The position numbers were made by a program, and so were the translations under genes. Source: an uncultured Bacilli bacterium (lineage in GTDB: Bacteria; Bacillota_I; Bacilli_A; RF39; UBA660). Taken from it: DNA of 64,000 nucleotides. The stretch lies in the NCBI GenBank assembly GCA_944331895.1, contig CALVIX010000002.1, forward strand, positions 97,099 through 161,098, given 5' to 3'. Below, one piece after another: positions 16,918 through 26,725 of this stretch. The notes beneath the pieces were generated by a model, which had not been told where the DNA came from, did no database searches, and worked only from the letters and a program-made list of their open reading frames with translations. The first letter of the stretch is position 1; each line of letters starts with the position of its first letter.

Positions 16918-19215
16918 TTATGCGTTAATTCCTTTTACGGTAAGCTCTTCTACCTCGTCACTCTCTTCCTCATACCATCTCTTTTGATTTGCTTTTCCTA
17001 TATTTCGTTTTGAAAATTCGATCCATAATTGACTAGCGATAAAGATAGATGAGTATACTCCTACTACGAATCCTACAAAAAGCGCTAAATTAAATGTAAT
17101 GATTTCATGTGATCCAAGTAAAATCAAACTAACTACTGGAATCAACGTTGTAAATGTCGTCATTAAACTACGATTCAAAGTTTCTCTTAAACTAATATTA
17201 ACAACTTCATTCAAATCTTCTTTCGTCTTTAATTTATTTTTAAATTTCGCATGAATATTTTCGCGAATACGGTCGAAAGTTACGATCGTATCGTTGATCG
17301 AATATCCAATAATCGAAAGAACCGCTGCAATAAAGATACTAGATACTTCGATTTGGAATAAACTAAATACTGTAAAAATCATGAAGACGTCATGGAATAA
17401 TGCGATAATCGCTGCAATTGCAAACTTAAACGTAAATCTAAGGGATACGTAGATTACAATCGCAATACTTGCCAAAATAACAGAAATGACTGCATTTTTT
17501 ACAAGCTCTTGTTTTACGATATTAGAAACCACTCCAATATCTGTCGTAGCTTCGTATTTTTCTTCAAAATAATCTTCTGTTTTCAACACTTGTTTACGAC
17601 TTAAAGAATCTTCTATCTTAATAGAATATGTTTCATCGTCAATTTGATCTGTCTCGATCACTTCATATCCTAATGACTCGATATCTTTGGTAAGTGCTTT
17701 CTCAGTCAATTTTTGACTACTTTGTACTGTAATCGAAGATCCGCCTTTAAAATCGATTCCAAGATGTAATCCATTGACTCCAAGAGATATTATTCCAATC
17801 ACAATCATCAAACTTGAAGCTAAGAAGAACCATTTTCTCTTACCTACGAAATCGACATTCTTCCAATCTTCATGTACACGTTTTTCCTTTTTCTCAATCT
17901 TTGGAATTTCTTCTGTACGAATACCGATAAAGGCACGCAATTTATCGTTAAAATAACCTGTTTTTACGAAAAGCCCGACAAGATATCTCGTGATAAATAC
18001 CATGACTACCATCGTTACGATCGTACTGATGATTAACATCGTTGCAAATCCTTTGACACTGCTTTCTCCAAAGATAAATAAAATAACTGCCGAAATCAAC
18101 GTCGTGATATTGGAATCAAAAATTGTCATAAATGAGTTCTTATTTCCCAGTTTAAAAGCCATGTTTAATTTCGTACCATTATACAACTCATCTTTGATAC
18201 GAGAAAAACTAATAACTGTCGCATCGACTGCCATACCGATTCCGATCACGAGTGCTGCGATTCCAGGTAAAGTAAGTACCCCACCGATCAACCAAAATAC
18301 TAAGAAGGTAATTGCCGTATAGAATAACAACCCAATACTTGCGATAAATCCAGAAAAACGATAAACCGCACACATCAGTAAAATAATCCCTGCAACCCCT
18401 ACAACACCTGCGACAAATGTTTTAGACAAGGAATCAGCTCCAAAAGAAGCGACGACCGTCTTAGATGAAACTTCCGTCAACTTTGTCGGTAAACTTCCTG
18501 AATTGATCAATTCCACTAGACTATTGACTTCTTGCTCTGTAAAGTTTCCCTGTATGATAACATCGCTTGAAAATCCTTGTGAAACGGTTGCAACAGAAAG
18601 ACATTTTGAATTAGAAAGGGATCCACAATTCGCCTGTTCTGTTTGAAATGAATCAGTCTCTGGATCGAAATCTAACCAGATCACTAATCGATTATCTGAC
18701 ATTTCACTTACTTTTTTCGTTGCTCTATAAAACTTAGAGTTATCTGCAACAGAAAGAGCAACTGCCGGTTTTCCATAGGAATCCTGAGATACTTTTGCTC
18801 CTCCACTTTTTAGTACATCGCTTGACATAATCAAGTTGTCGCTCGTATCGCGGAAAGTCAAATTGGCAGCTTGGCTAATCAAATTGCGAGCTTCTTCTGG
18901 ATCTGTCACTCCAGCTAATTGGACGCGAATACGATCGTCTCCTTCTACGACGATACTAGGTTCTGTAACCCCTAATACATCGATTCTCTTTTCGATCGTC
19001 TTATACGTACTTTTCATCATATCCGATGTAACTTTTGTCCCATCGATACTTTCCACTTTATATAAAACTTCAAATCCTCCTTGTAAATCAAGACCGAAAT
19101 TCAAGTTTTGCATCAGTGGAACCAACGCACAACCAACTACGATTGCAACAACCAATACTCCAAACAATGGTTTTACAATCGACTTTTTATCTTTCTTCTT
19201 TTCTTTTGCTTTCAT
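16918..19215 (-). CDS. secDF: Protein translocase SecDF fusion
   Basis: GLDLQGGFEV, GMAVDA, GIDFKGG, GYSINDTIV.FDRIREN. Confidence 0.97.
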   Translation of the reverse strand: MKAKEKKKDKKSIVKPLFGVLVVAIVVGCALVPLMQNLNFGLDLQGGFEVLYKVESIDGTKVTSDMMKSTYKTIEKRIDVLGVTEPSIVVEGDDRIRVQLAGVTDPEEARNLISQAANLTFRDTSDNLIMSSDVLKSGGAKVSQDSYGKPAVALSVADNSKFYRATKKVSEMSDNRLVIWLDFDPETDSFQTEQANCGSLSNSKCLSVATVSQGFSSDVIIQGNFTEQEVNSLVELINSGSLPTKLTEVSSKTVVASFGADSLSKTFVAGVVGVAGIILLMCAVYRFSGFIASIGLLFYTAITFLVFWLIGGVLTLPGIAALVIGIGMAVDATVISFSRIKDELYNGTKLNMAFKLGNKNSFMTIFDSNITTLISAVILFIFGESSVKGFATMLIISTIVTMVVMVFITRYLVGLFVKTGYFNDKLRAFIGIRTEEIPKIEKKEKRVHEDWKNVDFVGKRKWFFLASSLMIVIGIISLGVNGLHLGIDFKGGSSITVQSSQKLTEKALTKDIESLGYEVIETDQIDDETYSIKIEDSLSRKQVLKTEDYFEEKYEATTDIGVVSNIVKQELVKNAVISVILASIAIVIYVSLRFTFKFAIAAIIALFHDVFMIFTVFSLFQIEVSSIFIAAVLSIIGYSINDTIVTFDRIRENIHAKFKNKLKTKEDLNEVVNISLRETLNRSLMTTFTTLIPVVSLILLGSHEIITFNLALFVGFVVGVYSSIFIASQLWIEFSKRNIGKANQKRWYEEESDEVEELTVKGINA

Positions 19216-19228
19216 AAAACTCCTCCTG

Positions 19229-19492
19229 TTAATCTATCTTTCTTTCTACATGCTTTAACTGGTTTAAAACATACTTTTGAATCAAATCGTTTTCCGCATT
19301 TAAAATATCGCTCACAAGTTGTGATAAAGATAGTCCATCTGCCTGCTTCCACTTCGATTCTTTCAAAAAATTCCACACGTCCTCTTCTTTGATAAACGTA
19401 TATCCTAATCGACGCATCTCTTCTACTTTAGAACCAAGGGCAGGTCGAACTCTTCGATACAACTCTTGTTGTGTTTGAAAAACCTCTGCCAT
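19229..19492 (-). CDS. comN: ComN/YrzD-like post-transcriptional regulator
   Basis: PAL.SK.EE....GY..I.EED.W..L....WK; conserved position between secDF and spoVB. Confidence 0.8.
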   Translation of the reverse strand: MAEVFQTQQELYRRVRPALGSKVEEMRRLGYTFIKEEDVWNFLKESKWKQADGLSLSQLVSDILNAENDLIQKYVLNQLKHVERKID

Positions 19493-19589
19493 ATTTCCTC
19501 CTAACCTTGATAAGCTCATATTTATTATAAACTAATTTCCTATGTTTTTAAAGTGTTATCGATACGTTTTTAAAAGAATTCATTAGCGT

Positions 19590-19620
19590 TCGTATTTTTT
19601 GTCCAATCCGTTCATATGAT
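19590..19620 (+). promoter_or_regulatory. Probable SigE promoter of spoVB
   Basis: TCGTATT-N16-CATATGAT resembles the SigE consensus. Confidence 0.6.
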
Positions 19621-19635
19621 GAATCAGGTGATCGT

Positions 19636-20934
19636 ATGTACAAAAGCAAATTTATTCGTTCCACTATTATCTTGATGATCGGTGGCCTCATCACCAAAAT
19701 CCTTGGAATGCTGATCAAAATTGTCATGACTCGTTTGATCGGAACAGAAGGAATTGGTATTTACATGCTTATGAATCCCACTTTCATGCTTTTGATCGCT
19801 CTTGCCCAACTCGGTTTTCCAATCGCCATTTCTACACTCGTAGCTAAAGATCGCAAAGATCATAAAAATCTAGTTTTTTCTATTCTACCTCTATCCTTAT
19901 TTCTCAATCTCGTTATCTTCATAGTACTTTTTGTGTGTGCCTCTTATCTTGCTTTAGAACTTTTACACGAACCGAGATGCTTTTACGGTCTCATCGCAAT
20001 CGGATTCGTCCTTCCATTTATCAGCATTTCTAGTATCTTACGAGGTTATTTTTTCGGAAAACAACGCATGGTTCCACACGTCGTATCAAACGTTACAGAA
20101 GATATCGTAAGGCTCATAATACTCGCTGTTGGCATTCCTATCTTTCTCGTAAAAGGAATTGAGTATGCGATCGCTTTTATCATTCTATCGAATATCGCTA
20201 GCGAACTTACTTCAATTTTCGTCCTCTTTTTCTTTTTGCCAAAGAACTTTACAATTTCCAAGCAAGACTTCAAACCTAAAAAGAAAACCATCAAAGAAGT
20301 TTTATCGATTAGCTTACCTGCGACAGGAAGTAGACTCATAGGAAGTATCGGTTCTTTTTTCGAACCAATTCTACTAACATACGTCCTATTAAAAATTGGA
20401 TATTCTAATTCTTTCATCGTTAATCAATATGGTATTTTAAACGGGTACGTACTGCCGTTATTACTACTTCCTTCTTTCTTCTCTATGGCAATCAGTCAGG
20501 CATTGATTCCAGTTGTCAGTCGCAACTACGAAAAAAAACGTTACACGTATACGAAGACAAAAATCCGACAAGCAATTGGTTTTTCTCTGCTTATCGGAAT
20601 TCCTATTACAATCCTATTTTGCCTGTTTCCAGAAGTATTTCTACATCTTATCTATCATACCAATCAGGGAACTAACTATCTAAGAGTCCTTGCTCCTATT
20701 TTTATTCTCCACTATATTCAAGCACCTCTTACAAGCACTTTGCAAGCAACAGGAAAAGCAAAGACAGCCATGATGGGAACCCTCCAAGGAATGTTTTTGC
20801 GCACCCTCATTCTATTTGGAGCAAGTTACCTAAATATCGGTATGTGGGGACTCGTTGCCGCTATGGCAAGCAATGTCATTTGTGTAACACTCCATCAATA
20901 TATATCAGTACGAAAAATGTTTCATGCCATCTAA
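19636..20934 (+). CDS. spoVB: Stage V sporulation protein B (MOP flippase)
   Basis: Multi-TM; EGIGIY, LRGYFFG.Q, EDIVR, S.ALIP; divergent from comN as in B. subtilis. Confidence 0.9.
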   Translation: MYKSKFIRSTIILMIGGLITKILGMLIKIVMTRLIGTEGIGIYMLMNPTFMLLIALAQLGFPIAISTLVAKDRKDHKNLVFSILPLSLFLNLVIFIVLFVCASYLALELLHEPRCFYGLIAIGFVLPFISISSILRGYFFGKQRMVPHVVSNVTEDIVRLIILAVGIPIFLVKGIEYAIAFIILSNIASELTSIFVLFFFLPKNFTISKQDFKPKKKTIKEVLSISLPATGSRLIGSIGSFFEPILLTYVLLKIGYSNSFIVNQYGILNGYVLPLLLLPSFFSMAISQALIPVVSRNYEKKRYTYTKTKIRQAIGFSLLIGIPITILFCLFPEVFLHLIYHTNQGTNYLRVLAPIFILHYIQAPLTSTLQATGKAKTAMMGTLQGMFLRTLILFGASYLNIGMWGLVAAMASNVICVTLHQYISVRKMFHAI

Positions 20935-21509
20935 TCTTCGACAAACGTAACAGTACAAGAAGAAAGTTGACCAGAATTCATCTTGTCAATTTTTTTCATC
21001 TTACGTTCGAACCAGATCGTATTGACAAATTCCCAGATAGAAAACGTTCCTATAATCGATAAAATTTCACTCAAATAATTCATGTGTTCTATATCACGCA
21101 AGAAAAACGATAAGGCGAGTACGAGACATCCAATCAAAAATAGATTGATCGATTTCACTGTATTATACCTAAGTTCTACAGTCATATCGTGTGTAACAAG
21201 TCCAAATTGATCCGTAATCACATCGACGAGAGTTTCTTTTTCCTCTTCGGAAAACGTCATTCCCTCAAATTCCAAGACGATCGAATATTGATATGGAATA
21301 TAATACGCGATCTTTTCGATATAGGAAACTAAATTTTCATTTAACACCCTATTTTCTTTATCGTACTGTGAATAAATATCTGAAATAGCCTCCACGTGAA
21401 TTGGAATAATCGCCTTTTCTCCTTTAATATAGTGCTCGTTCAAATGTAATTTAGAATCGTAAGATGCATTAAAATAGCGTTTCATTTGTTCTTGTCGTTT
21501 ATGACTCAT
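20931..21509 (-). CDS. Hypothetical protein with two C-terminal TM helices
   Basis: 192-aa ORF with GGAGTGAGG RBS, convergent with spoVB. Confidence 0.7.
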   Translation of the reverse strand: MSHKRQEQMKRYFNASYDSKLHLNEHYIKGEKAIIPIHVEAISDIYSQYDKENRVLNENLVSYIEKIAYYIPYQYSIVLEFEGMTFSEEEKETLVDVITDQFGLVTHDMTVELRYNTVKSINLFLIGCLVLALSFFLRDIEHMNYLSEILSIIGTFSIWEFVNTIWFERKMKKIDKMNSGQLSSCTVTFVED

Positions 21510-21585
21510 AACCTCACTCCTATTCTATCTTTATTATACTATATTTTTTCAAAAATTGAGTGTATAATATTCACCGGGTGAAAAT

Positions 21586-22611
21586 ATGACAAAAATTTAC
21601 GATTTTAAGCAGACGATCAATCAAGAAGAATTACAAAAAACCGCTCAAGTTCTAAGAAATGGTGGACTCGTAATATTTCCAACAGAAACAGTATATGGCG
21701 TAGGTGCGAATGCATTACGAAAGGATGCGGTCGACCACATTTTCGAAGCAAAAGGAAGAGCAAACGACAATCCACTCATCGTTCATATTCACGACTTTAA
21801 ACAATTAGATGAACTCGCTTGTGATATCAGTGAGATGGAAAAGAAACTGATCGATGCCTTTTTCCCAGGACCTTTTACACTCATCCTAAAAAAGAAAGAA
21901 GTCGTTCCAGATAATGTATCTGCTCATTTAGATACCGTAGGAATTCGCATGCCTTCCAATAAAATCGCACATGAGATTTTGAAATGTGCAGATGTCCCTG
22001 TCGCTGCTCCAAGCGCCAATATATCTAGTAGACCTAGCGGAACGAAGATCGAAGATATCAAAGAAGAATTCGATGGGAAAGTAGACATCATCATCGACGG
22101 CGGACCATCAGATATCGGAATCGAATCGACTGTCGTTCGTGTCATAGATAATATTCCGACCATATTAAGACCTGGAAAAATAACACCTGAAGACATCAAA
22201 GACGTTGTTGGAATCGTATCGATCGATAAACATATCTTCGAAAAGGCAGAAGGTGTTGTCAGAAGTCCAGGAATGAAATATAAACACTACGCACCTAAAA
22301 GTCCTTGTACGCTCATTTATAGCGATGATGAAAAAACGCAGATTGATCTTGTAAATGAAAACATTACTCCTGGTACTGTTGTCATCGGGTTTAAAGAACA
22401 CGAAAACAAAATTTACTGTGATCAATTCGTCGCACATGGAAGTATCCATAACTATGATGAAATTTCGCACAATATATTTACGCTCCTTAGAAAAGTTGAT
22501 ACTTACAATCCAACGCAAATTCTAATCGAAGGAGTCAAAAAAGAAGGAATCGGTATCGCAATTATGAATCGCTTGATCCGATCTAGTAACTATCATTACA
22601 TCGAAAAATAA
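21586..22611 (+). CDS. sua5: L-threonylcarbamoyladenylate synthase, Sua5 type
   Basis: FPTETVYG.GA, K.R..DNPLIVH, APSANIS, SPGMKYKHYAP plus SUA5 domain. Confidence 0.96.
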   Translation: MTKIYDFKQTINQEELQKTAQVLRNGGLVIFPTETVYGVGANALRKDAVDHIFEAKGRANDNPLIVHIHDFKQLDELACDISEMEKKLIDAFFPGPFTLILKKKEVVPDNVSAHLDTVGIRMPSNKIAHEILKCADVPVAAPSANISSRPSGTKIEDIKEEFDGKVDIIIDGGPSDIGIESTVVRVIDNIPTILRPGKITPEDIKDVVGIVSIDKHIFEKAEGVVRSPGMKYKHYAPKSPCTLIYSDDEKTQIDLVNENITPGTVVIGFKEHENKIYCDQFVAHGSIHNYDEISHNIFTLLRKVDTYNPTQILIEGVKKEGIGIAIMNRLIRSSNYHYIEK

Positions 22612-22633
22612 AATGCATGTGGCATTTTATTTT

Positions 22634-23263
22634 TTATTCTAATTCATCCTGCGTAATAATAAATGTCTTTTTCTTCGTATAAAATGCGTAGAACACATTC
22701 TCCAATCGTACTTTCTTACGATCCAAAAGTCTCATAAGCCATCCTTTATCTTTCCCGATCTCGCCTAAGACAACTTCGTCGATCACACCATCTAAAATAA
22801 GAGGCATTGGATACTCGTGTGTGCCTTCAAAAACCGATAATGAACCGTTATTCTCTAAGATTGCAAAACTCACCTCTTCAATGCTTTGATATCCCTTTTC
22901 GCGTAATTGCAAGATCAGATCATCTAAGCTATATCTAATTTTCGACATCGCACTAAAATTCAACTTCCCATCTTTGATGATAACAGTCGGACTTCCCTCT
23001 AAAATCGTTCGAACTTTACTATTCTTCAAAGACCAATAACTAAGTGATATTTGAATCAAAATGAGTGTCGTAATAGGAACGATAGATTTTAATAGCGATT
23101 GTTCTGCACTCTCCAAGGAAAGCGCAGCGAGTTCTGCAATTAAAATGGATACAATCAAATCAATGACACTTAATTGCCCTACTTCCTTTTTCCCCATAAT
23201 GCGAAATCCTATCATGATAAAAAGATAGAGAAGTATCGTTTTTAAAATGATTACAATATACAT
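22634..23263 (-). CDS. DUF421 (YrbG/YetF-like) membrane protein
   Basis: MGKKEVGQLS..D, G.P..II..G, LRE.G..SI.EV.FAILE.NG.LSV. Confidence 0.9.
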   Translation of the reverse strand: MYIVIILKTILLYLFIMIGFRIMGKKEVGQLSVIDLIVSILIAELAALSLESAEQSLLKSIVPITTLILIQISLSYWSLKNSKVRTILEGSPTVIIKDGKLNFSAMSKIRYSLDDLILQLREKGYQSIEEVSFAILENNGSLSVFEGTHEYPMPLILDGVIDEVVLGEIGKDKGWLMRLLDRKKVRLENVFYAFYTKKKTFIITQDELE

Positions 23264-23291
23264 AGTATCACCCTATTTTGTTATGTGCCAA

Positions 23292-23320
23292 GCATATTTT
23301 TTTATACAAAAACATAGATT
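23292..23320 (+). promoter_or_regulatory. Probable SigE promoter of the YrzE-like gene
   Basis: GCATATT-N14-CATAGATT. Confidence 0.65.
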
Positions 23321-23335
23321 ATATTAGGTGAGATT

Positions 23336-23716
23336 ATGAATTACAAAAAATATTTTGAAACGATGAGTATCTGTTTCGGCGTTGGTTTGTTATCACTCTT
23401 AGTATCTAGCTTTATTTTAACTGTTTTAAACTACTTCGATCTTGTGACTGGAAACATTTTTACGATTTTAAAACTACTAATACCATTTTTATCCCTATTG
23501 ATAGCAGGTATTCTACTCGGTCGGAAAAGTAAATCAAAAGGATGGCTAGAAGGTCTAAAATTAAGTTTAGGATTCATCGTCTTATTTACGCTCATTCAAC
23601 TATTCTTTCTAGAAGATCCATTCCGCCTTACGAATGTTTTGTATGATGCTATTTTAATGATGATTACAATATTCGGTAGTATGCTTGGAATCAATATGAA
23701 AACAAATCAAAAATAA
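23336..23716 (+). CDS. TIGR04086/YrzE-like four-TM membrane protein
   Basis: GILLGRKSKSKGWLEG motif; divergent from the DUF421 gene. Confidence 0.85.
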   Translation: MNYKKYFETMSICFGVGLLSLLVSSFILTVLNYFDLVTGNIFTILKLLIPFLSLLIAGILLGRKSKSKGWLEGLKLSLGFIVLFTLIQLFFLEDPFRLTNVLYDAILMMITIFGSMLGINMKTNQK

Positions 23717-23750
23717 AACATAGATATCAACAATGGTATCTATGTTTTAT
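23713..23750. terminator. Bidirectional terminator between yrzE-like gene and toxN
   Basis: 14-bp perfect stem ATAAAACATAGATA/TATCTATGTTTTAT. Confidence 0.8.
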
Positions 23751-24249
23751 TTTTATTATATTCAATACATTTTTCCTCTAATAATGTAAAATTGCAACAC
23801 CTTTTAGCAATACTACGATTTAATGTTCCGTTAACATATTTATTATATAATTTTTTAGATCTACCATATAATTTGTTATTATTACGATTTAACCAAAACA
23901 ATTGTTCCTTTAATAACTTTATGTATTTTTCTTCTTGGCTTGTAAAACAATCCTTGTCTAAATCTAACTTAATGATATTTTGATTTGTTACTGGTAGCAT
24001 ATTATTAAAGTTAATTGCTCCTAAATTACCATTGTCTATTTTTAGAAAATCTAAAGTAGTTTTCATTGTTTTATGTTTCGGCTTAGGACTAGATAATGGT
24101 GCAAAGTACTTACAATTATTTATTTCAAATAAAATTCCTATAAATGGTCTTAATTCTTTTTTATTTTTATTATAAGGAACTTTATCATCAAACTGTCTTA
24201 AATAATCACAATAATTATAATCCAATCTTACCAATATAAAATGTTTCAT
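23740..24249 (-). CDS. toxN: Type III toxin-antitoxin endoribonuclease toxin, ToxN/AbiQ family
   Basis: ..Y.DYLRQFD.KVP.NK, RPFIGI.F.I....YFAPLSSPK.KH, LG.INFNNMLPV; preceded by repeats and a terminator. Confidence 0.92.
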   Translation of the reverse strand: MKHFILVRLDYNYCDYLRQFDDKVPYNKNKKELRPFIGILFEINNCKYFAPLSSPKPKHKTMKTTLDFLKIDNGNLGAINFNNMLPVTNQNIIKLDLDKDCFTSQEEKYIKLLKEQLFWLNRNNNKLYGRSKKLYNKYVNGTLNRSIAKRCCNFTLLEEKCIEYNKNKT

Positions 24250-24281
24250 AAAATCACCTTCGAGCCCATTGCATTTTAATT

Positions 24282-24314
24282 AAAAAAATAGGACTAGAGT
24301 TTGCTCTCTAGTCC
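24282..24314 (-). terminator. Intrinsic terminator between antitoxin repeats and toxN
   Basis: GGACTAGAG/CTCTAGTCC stem plus U7, the usual type III TA layout. Confidence 0.88.
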
Positions 24315-24315
24315 C

Positions 24316-24425
24316 TTTTTTATGTTCGCTGTTATGGCCGGAATCGCCGCTTTTTTAAGTTCCTGTCAAAGCCGGAATCGCTTCTTTTCAATTTCCTCTC
24401 ATAGTGGGAATCACTAGCTTTTTTT
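24316..24425 (-). ncRNA. toxI: ToxI-like RNA antitoxin: three diverged 32-37 nt pseudoknot repeats separated by A-tracts
   Basis: GAUUCC core recurs every 33-34 nt; each unit has a stem around the core and a downstream GGAA/GCGAA; A6-7 (or AAAAGAA) spacers. Confidence 0.82.
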
Positions 24426-24485
24426 GCAACAAGTTGCGTTATTATTATATGCAACAGTGTGCAACATAATCACTTATGCACTAAT

Positions 24486-24514
24486 AATATAGCAAAATAT
24501 TAAACAATTGTCCA
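24486..24514 (-). promoter_or_regulatory. SigA promoter of toxI-toxN
   Basis: TGGACA-N17-TATATT with extended TG. Confidence 0.7.
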
Positions 24515-24699
24515 GTTGCCAATAAAAAAGGGATAAATTTTATATAATCGGCGAAGAAAAAAATCTTCCTTACCTCTCAATAAATATGATACAAGCTATC
24601 ATTCAAAATTCCTTCTATTTCTATAAAAAACATAGACAGAATCAAAGCGCCTATGTTTTTACTTATAGTTTATATATTATTTTTCATACTTACAATCAT

Positions 24700-26049
24700 T
24701 TATAACTTCCACTCATTCTTTATCTTCGTAGCAACCAGATCCAAATGCATCTTGCGCGATCCTTTTACCAAAATAAAAGTATCTTCTAATTTCGCATAAT
24801 CTAATGCCTTCATTAACTCTTCTGTATCTTCAAAATGTGCACAGTGCTTTAACAATTTTGGAAATTGCTTTGTTTCTTCCCCAACACAAAGAACTTCTAA
24901 ATTACGGCATTTCTTTAATTTCTTCGCGATTTCTCGGTGAATCTTGTTTCCAAATGTACCTACCTCTAAAATATCACCAAAAATTAAAAGTTTCTTTCCG
25001 CGATAAAGGTTCATGTAATCGATATCAGCAAGTACGGAATCTAAACTCGCATTATAAGTATCGTCAACTAAAGTATTATTCCCCTTTAACGTGATTTTTT
25101 CCAATCGTTTTTCAAAACATGGCATCTCTTTCACTGCTTTTTGGATCAGTTCGATTGGAACATCACATAAAATACCCATTTCGATCGCTAAAAGTAAGTT
25201 TGTAAGTAAATGTTTTCCTCCATAAGGATAAAAGAAGGGATATTTCTTATGATCTATTAAAAGTTGAAAGGATAATGTATCTAAAGTCGCGTTAATTCTA
25301 CTTGCTTTCGTCATCGCATTTCTACGAGTACCACAAAAACCTACCTGATAATCTTTCGTATCCTTTAACTTACTCAGTCGTTTATCATCGCCATTTACTA
25401 ACAATATTCCATCTTTCAAACCTTCTGTAATTTCCATCTTAGCTTTCATAATACGGTCCATAGAACCTAAAAATCCAATATGAGCACTCCCTATTTTCGT
25501 AATCATTGCAACATGTGGTTCACACATACGAGATAATCTTGAAATTTCTCCTTCGTGATTCATTCCTAATTCGAGAACGCAAATTTCATCTGTTTCTTTC
25601 AAAGATAGCAAAGTAAGAGGAACACCAATATGATTGTTATAATTTCCTGGAGATTTTGCGACACGATACGTTTGACTCAAAATGTGCGCAACCATCTCCT
25701 TTGTCGTCGTCTTGCCAACGCTCCCAGTAATCGCAATCAAAAGTCCGTGAAAATATGTATTTTTATGGTGTTTTGCTAACGCAAATAGAGCTTCTGTCGT
25801 ATCCTCTACTAGTATCACTGGAGTAGATATGTTTTCTACCTTCTGCGATACGATAATAACCCCCGCACCTTTTTCGGAAGCCTCTTTCACATAGATATGT
25901 CCATCTTGCGTCTTTCCTATAATAGCAATAAATATATCTCCTACTTCCATTGTACGTGTATCGATAGAGACATGCTTCTTTATCTCTTTTTCATCACTCC
26001 CTGAAAGTATCTTCCCATTTACGATGTGCGCTATTTGTTTCAGTCTCAT
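24700..26049 (-). CDS. murF: UDP-MurNAc-tripeptide--D-Ala-D-Ala ligase
   Basis: DTR, ITGSVGKTTTKE, NNHIGVP, ELGMNH.GEI, DDTYNAS, VKGSR. Confidence 0.96.
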   Translation of the reverse strand: MRLKQIAHIVNGKILSGSDEKEIKKHVSIDTRTMEVGDIFIAIIGKTQDGHIYVKEASEKGAGVIIVSQKVENISTPVILVEDTTEALFALAKHHKNTYFHGLLIAITGSVGKTTTKEMVAHILSQTYRVAKSPGNYNNHIGVPLTLLSLKETDEICVLELGMNHEGEISRLSRMCEPHVAMITKIGSAHIGFLGSMDRIMKAKMEITEGLKDGILLVNGDDKRLSKLKDTKDYQVGFCGTRRNAMTKASRINATLDTLSFQLLIDHKKYPFFYPYGGKHLLTNLLLAIEMGILCDVPIELIQKAVKEMPCFEKRLEKITLKGNNTLVDDTYNASLDSVLADIDYMNLYRGKKLLIFGDILEVGTFGNKIHREIAKKLKKCRNLEVLCVGEETKQFPKLLKHCAHFEDTEELMKALDYAKLEDTFILVKGSRKMHLDLVATKIKNEWKL

Positions 26050-26695
26050 TTTGACCTCCTATCGTTTGAAAAAATGCATCAAACAACTTTTTACTTACTT
26101 TATCATATGCAATCATAGATTCTGGATGCCACTGTACACCAATATAAAAGTTTTTATGTGGATCTTCGATCGCTTCAATGATTCCATCTTTACTATAAGA
26201 ACTGATGAAATGATCCGTATCTAAAACATAATCACGATGTCTAGAATTGACTGAAATTTTTACTTCTCCTAAAATATTAAATAATTTTGTTCCCGGTTGA
26301 ATCCAATTTTCATGTGCATAGAGTTCATTTTTTCTATCGTAGTGTTGTTTTATTTTCATATCTTTCAAACGTCCTAGTTTTCCTTCTGCCATCGTCTGCA
26401 TACCTAAGCAAATTCCCAAAGTAGGAATATCATGTTCGTATAAATAGGAACATACATATCGGTCATATTCATAGATTTCCAAACCGCCTTGTAATATAAC
26501 GCCGCTACATTCTTTTAATTGTTCTTGAATGATATCTAAATCCGCTTCGGTTAATTTTTCATTCAAATGTCTCGGGTATATAAGATATGGTAAATAGCCA
26601 TACTCCATAATCACTTGTTGTATCTCTCCGTTGATACACCAATATAATCTCTCATCGTGTTTTTCTGGGCGTGCTAGTACCCCTATTTTTTTCAA
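25994..26695 (-). CDS. Peptidase C26 / gamma-glutamyl-gamma-aminobutyrate hydrolase family (class I glutamine amidotransferase)
   Basis: LGICLGMQ nucleophile, VNSRH, GVQWHPE; TTG start. Confidence 0.9.
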   Translation of the reverse strand: MKKIGVLARPEKHDERLYWCINGEIQQVIMEYGYLPYLIYPRHLNEKLTEADLDIIQEQLKECSGVILQGGLEIYEYDRYVCSYLYEHDIPTLGICLGMQTMAEGKLGRLKDMKIKQHYDRKNELYAHENWIQPGTKLFNILGEVKISVNSRHRDYVLDTDHFISSYSKDGIIEAIEDPHKNFYIGVQWHPESMIAYDKVSKKLFDAFFQTIGGQNETETNSAHRKWEDTFRE

Positions 26696-26725
26696 TTTGA
26701 TTCCCCCTCAAATAAAAAAGCAATG

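Noticed and set aside
24316-24425. Conserved core with variable flanks could be read as a mini-CRISPR array
   Set aside because: No cas genes, period only 33-34 nt, and the repeats-terminator-toxN layout fits a type III TA antitoxin
24426-24482. Clustered GCAAC/GTTGC motifs in the toxI leader
   Set aside because: Short hairpin-forming sequence without the GAUUCC core; not clearly a fourth repeat or an operator
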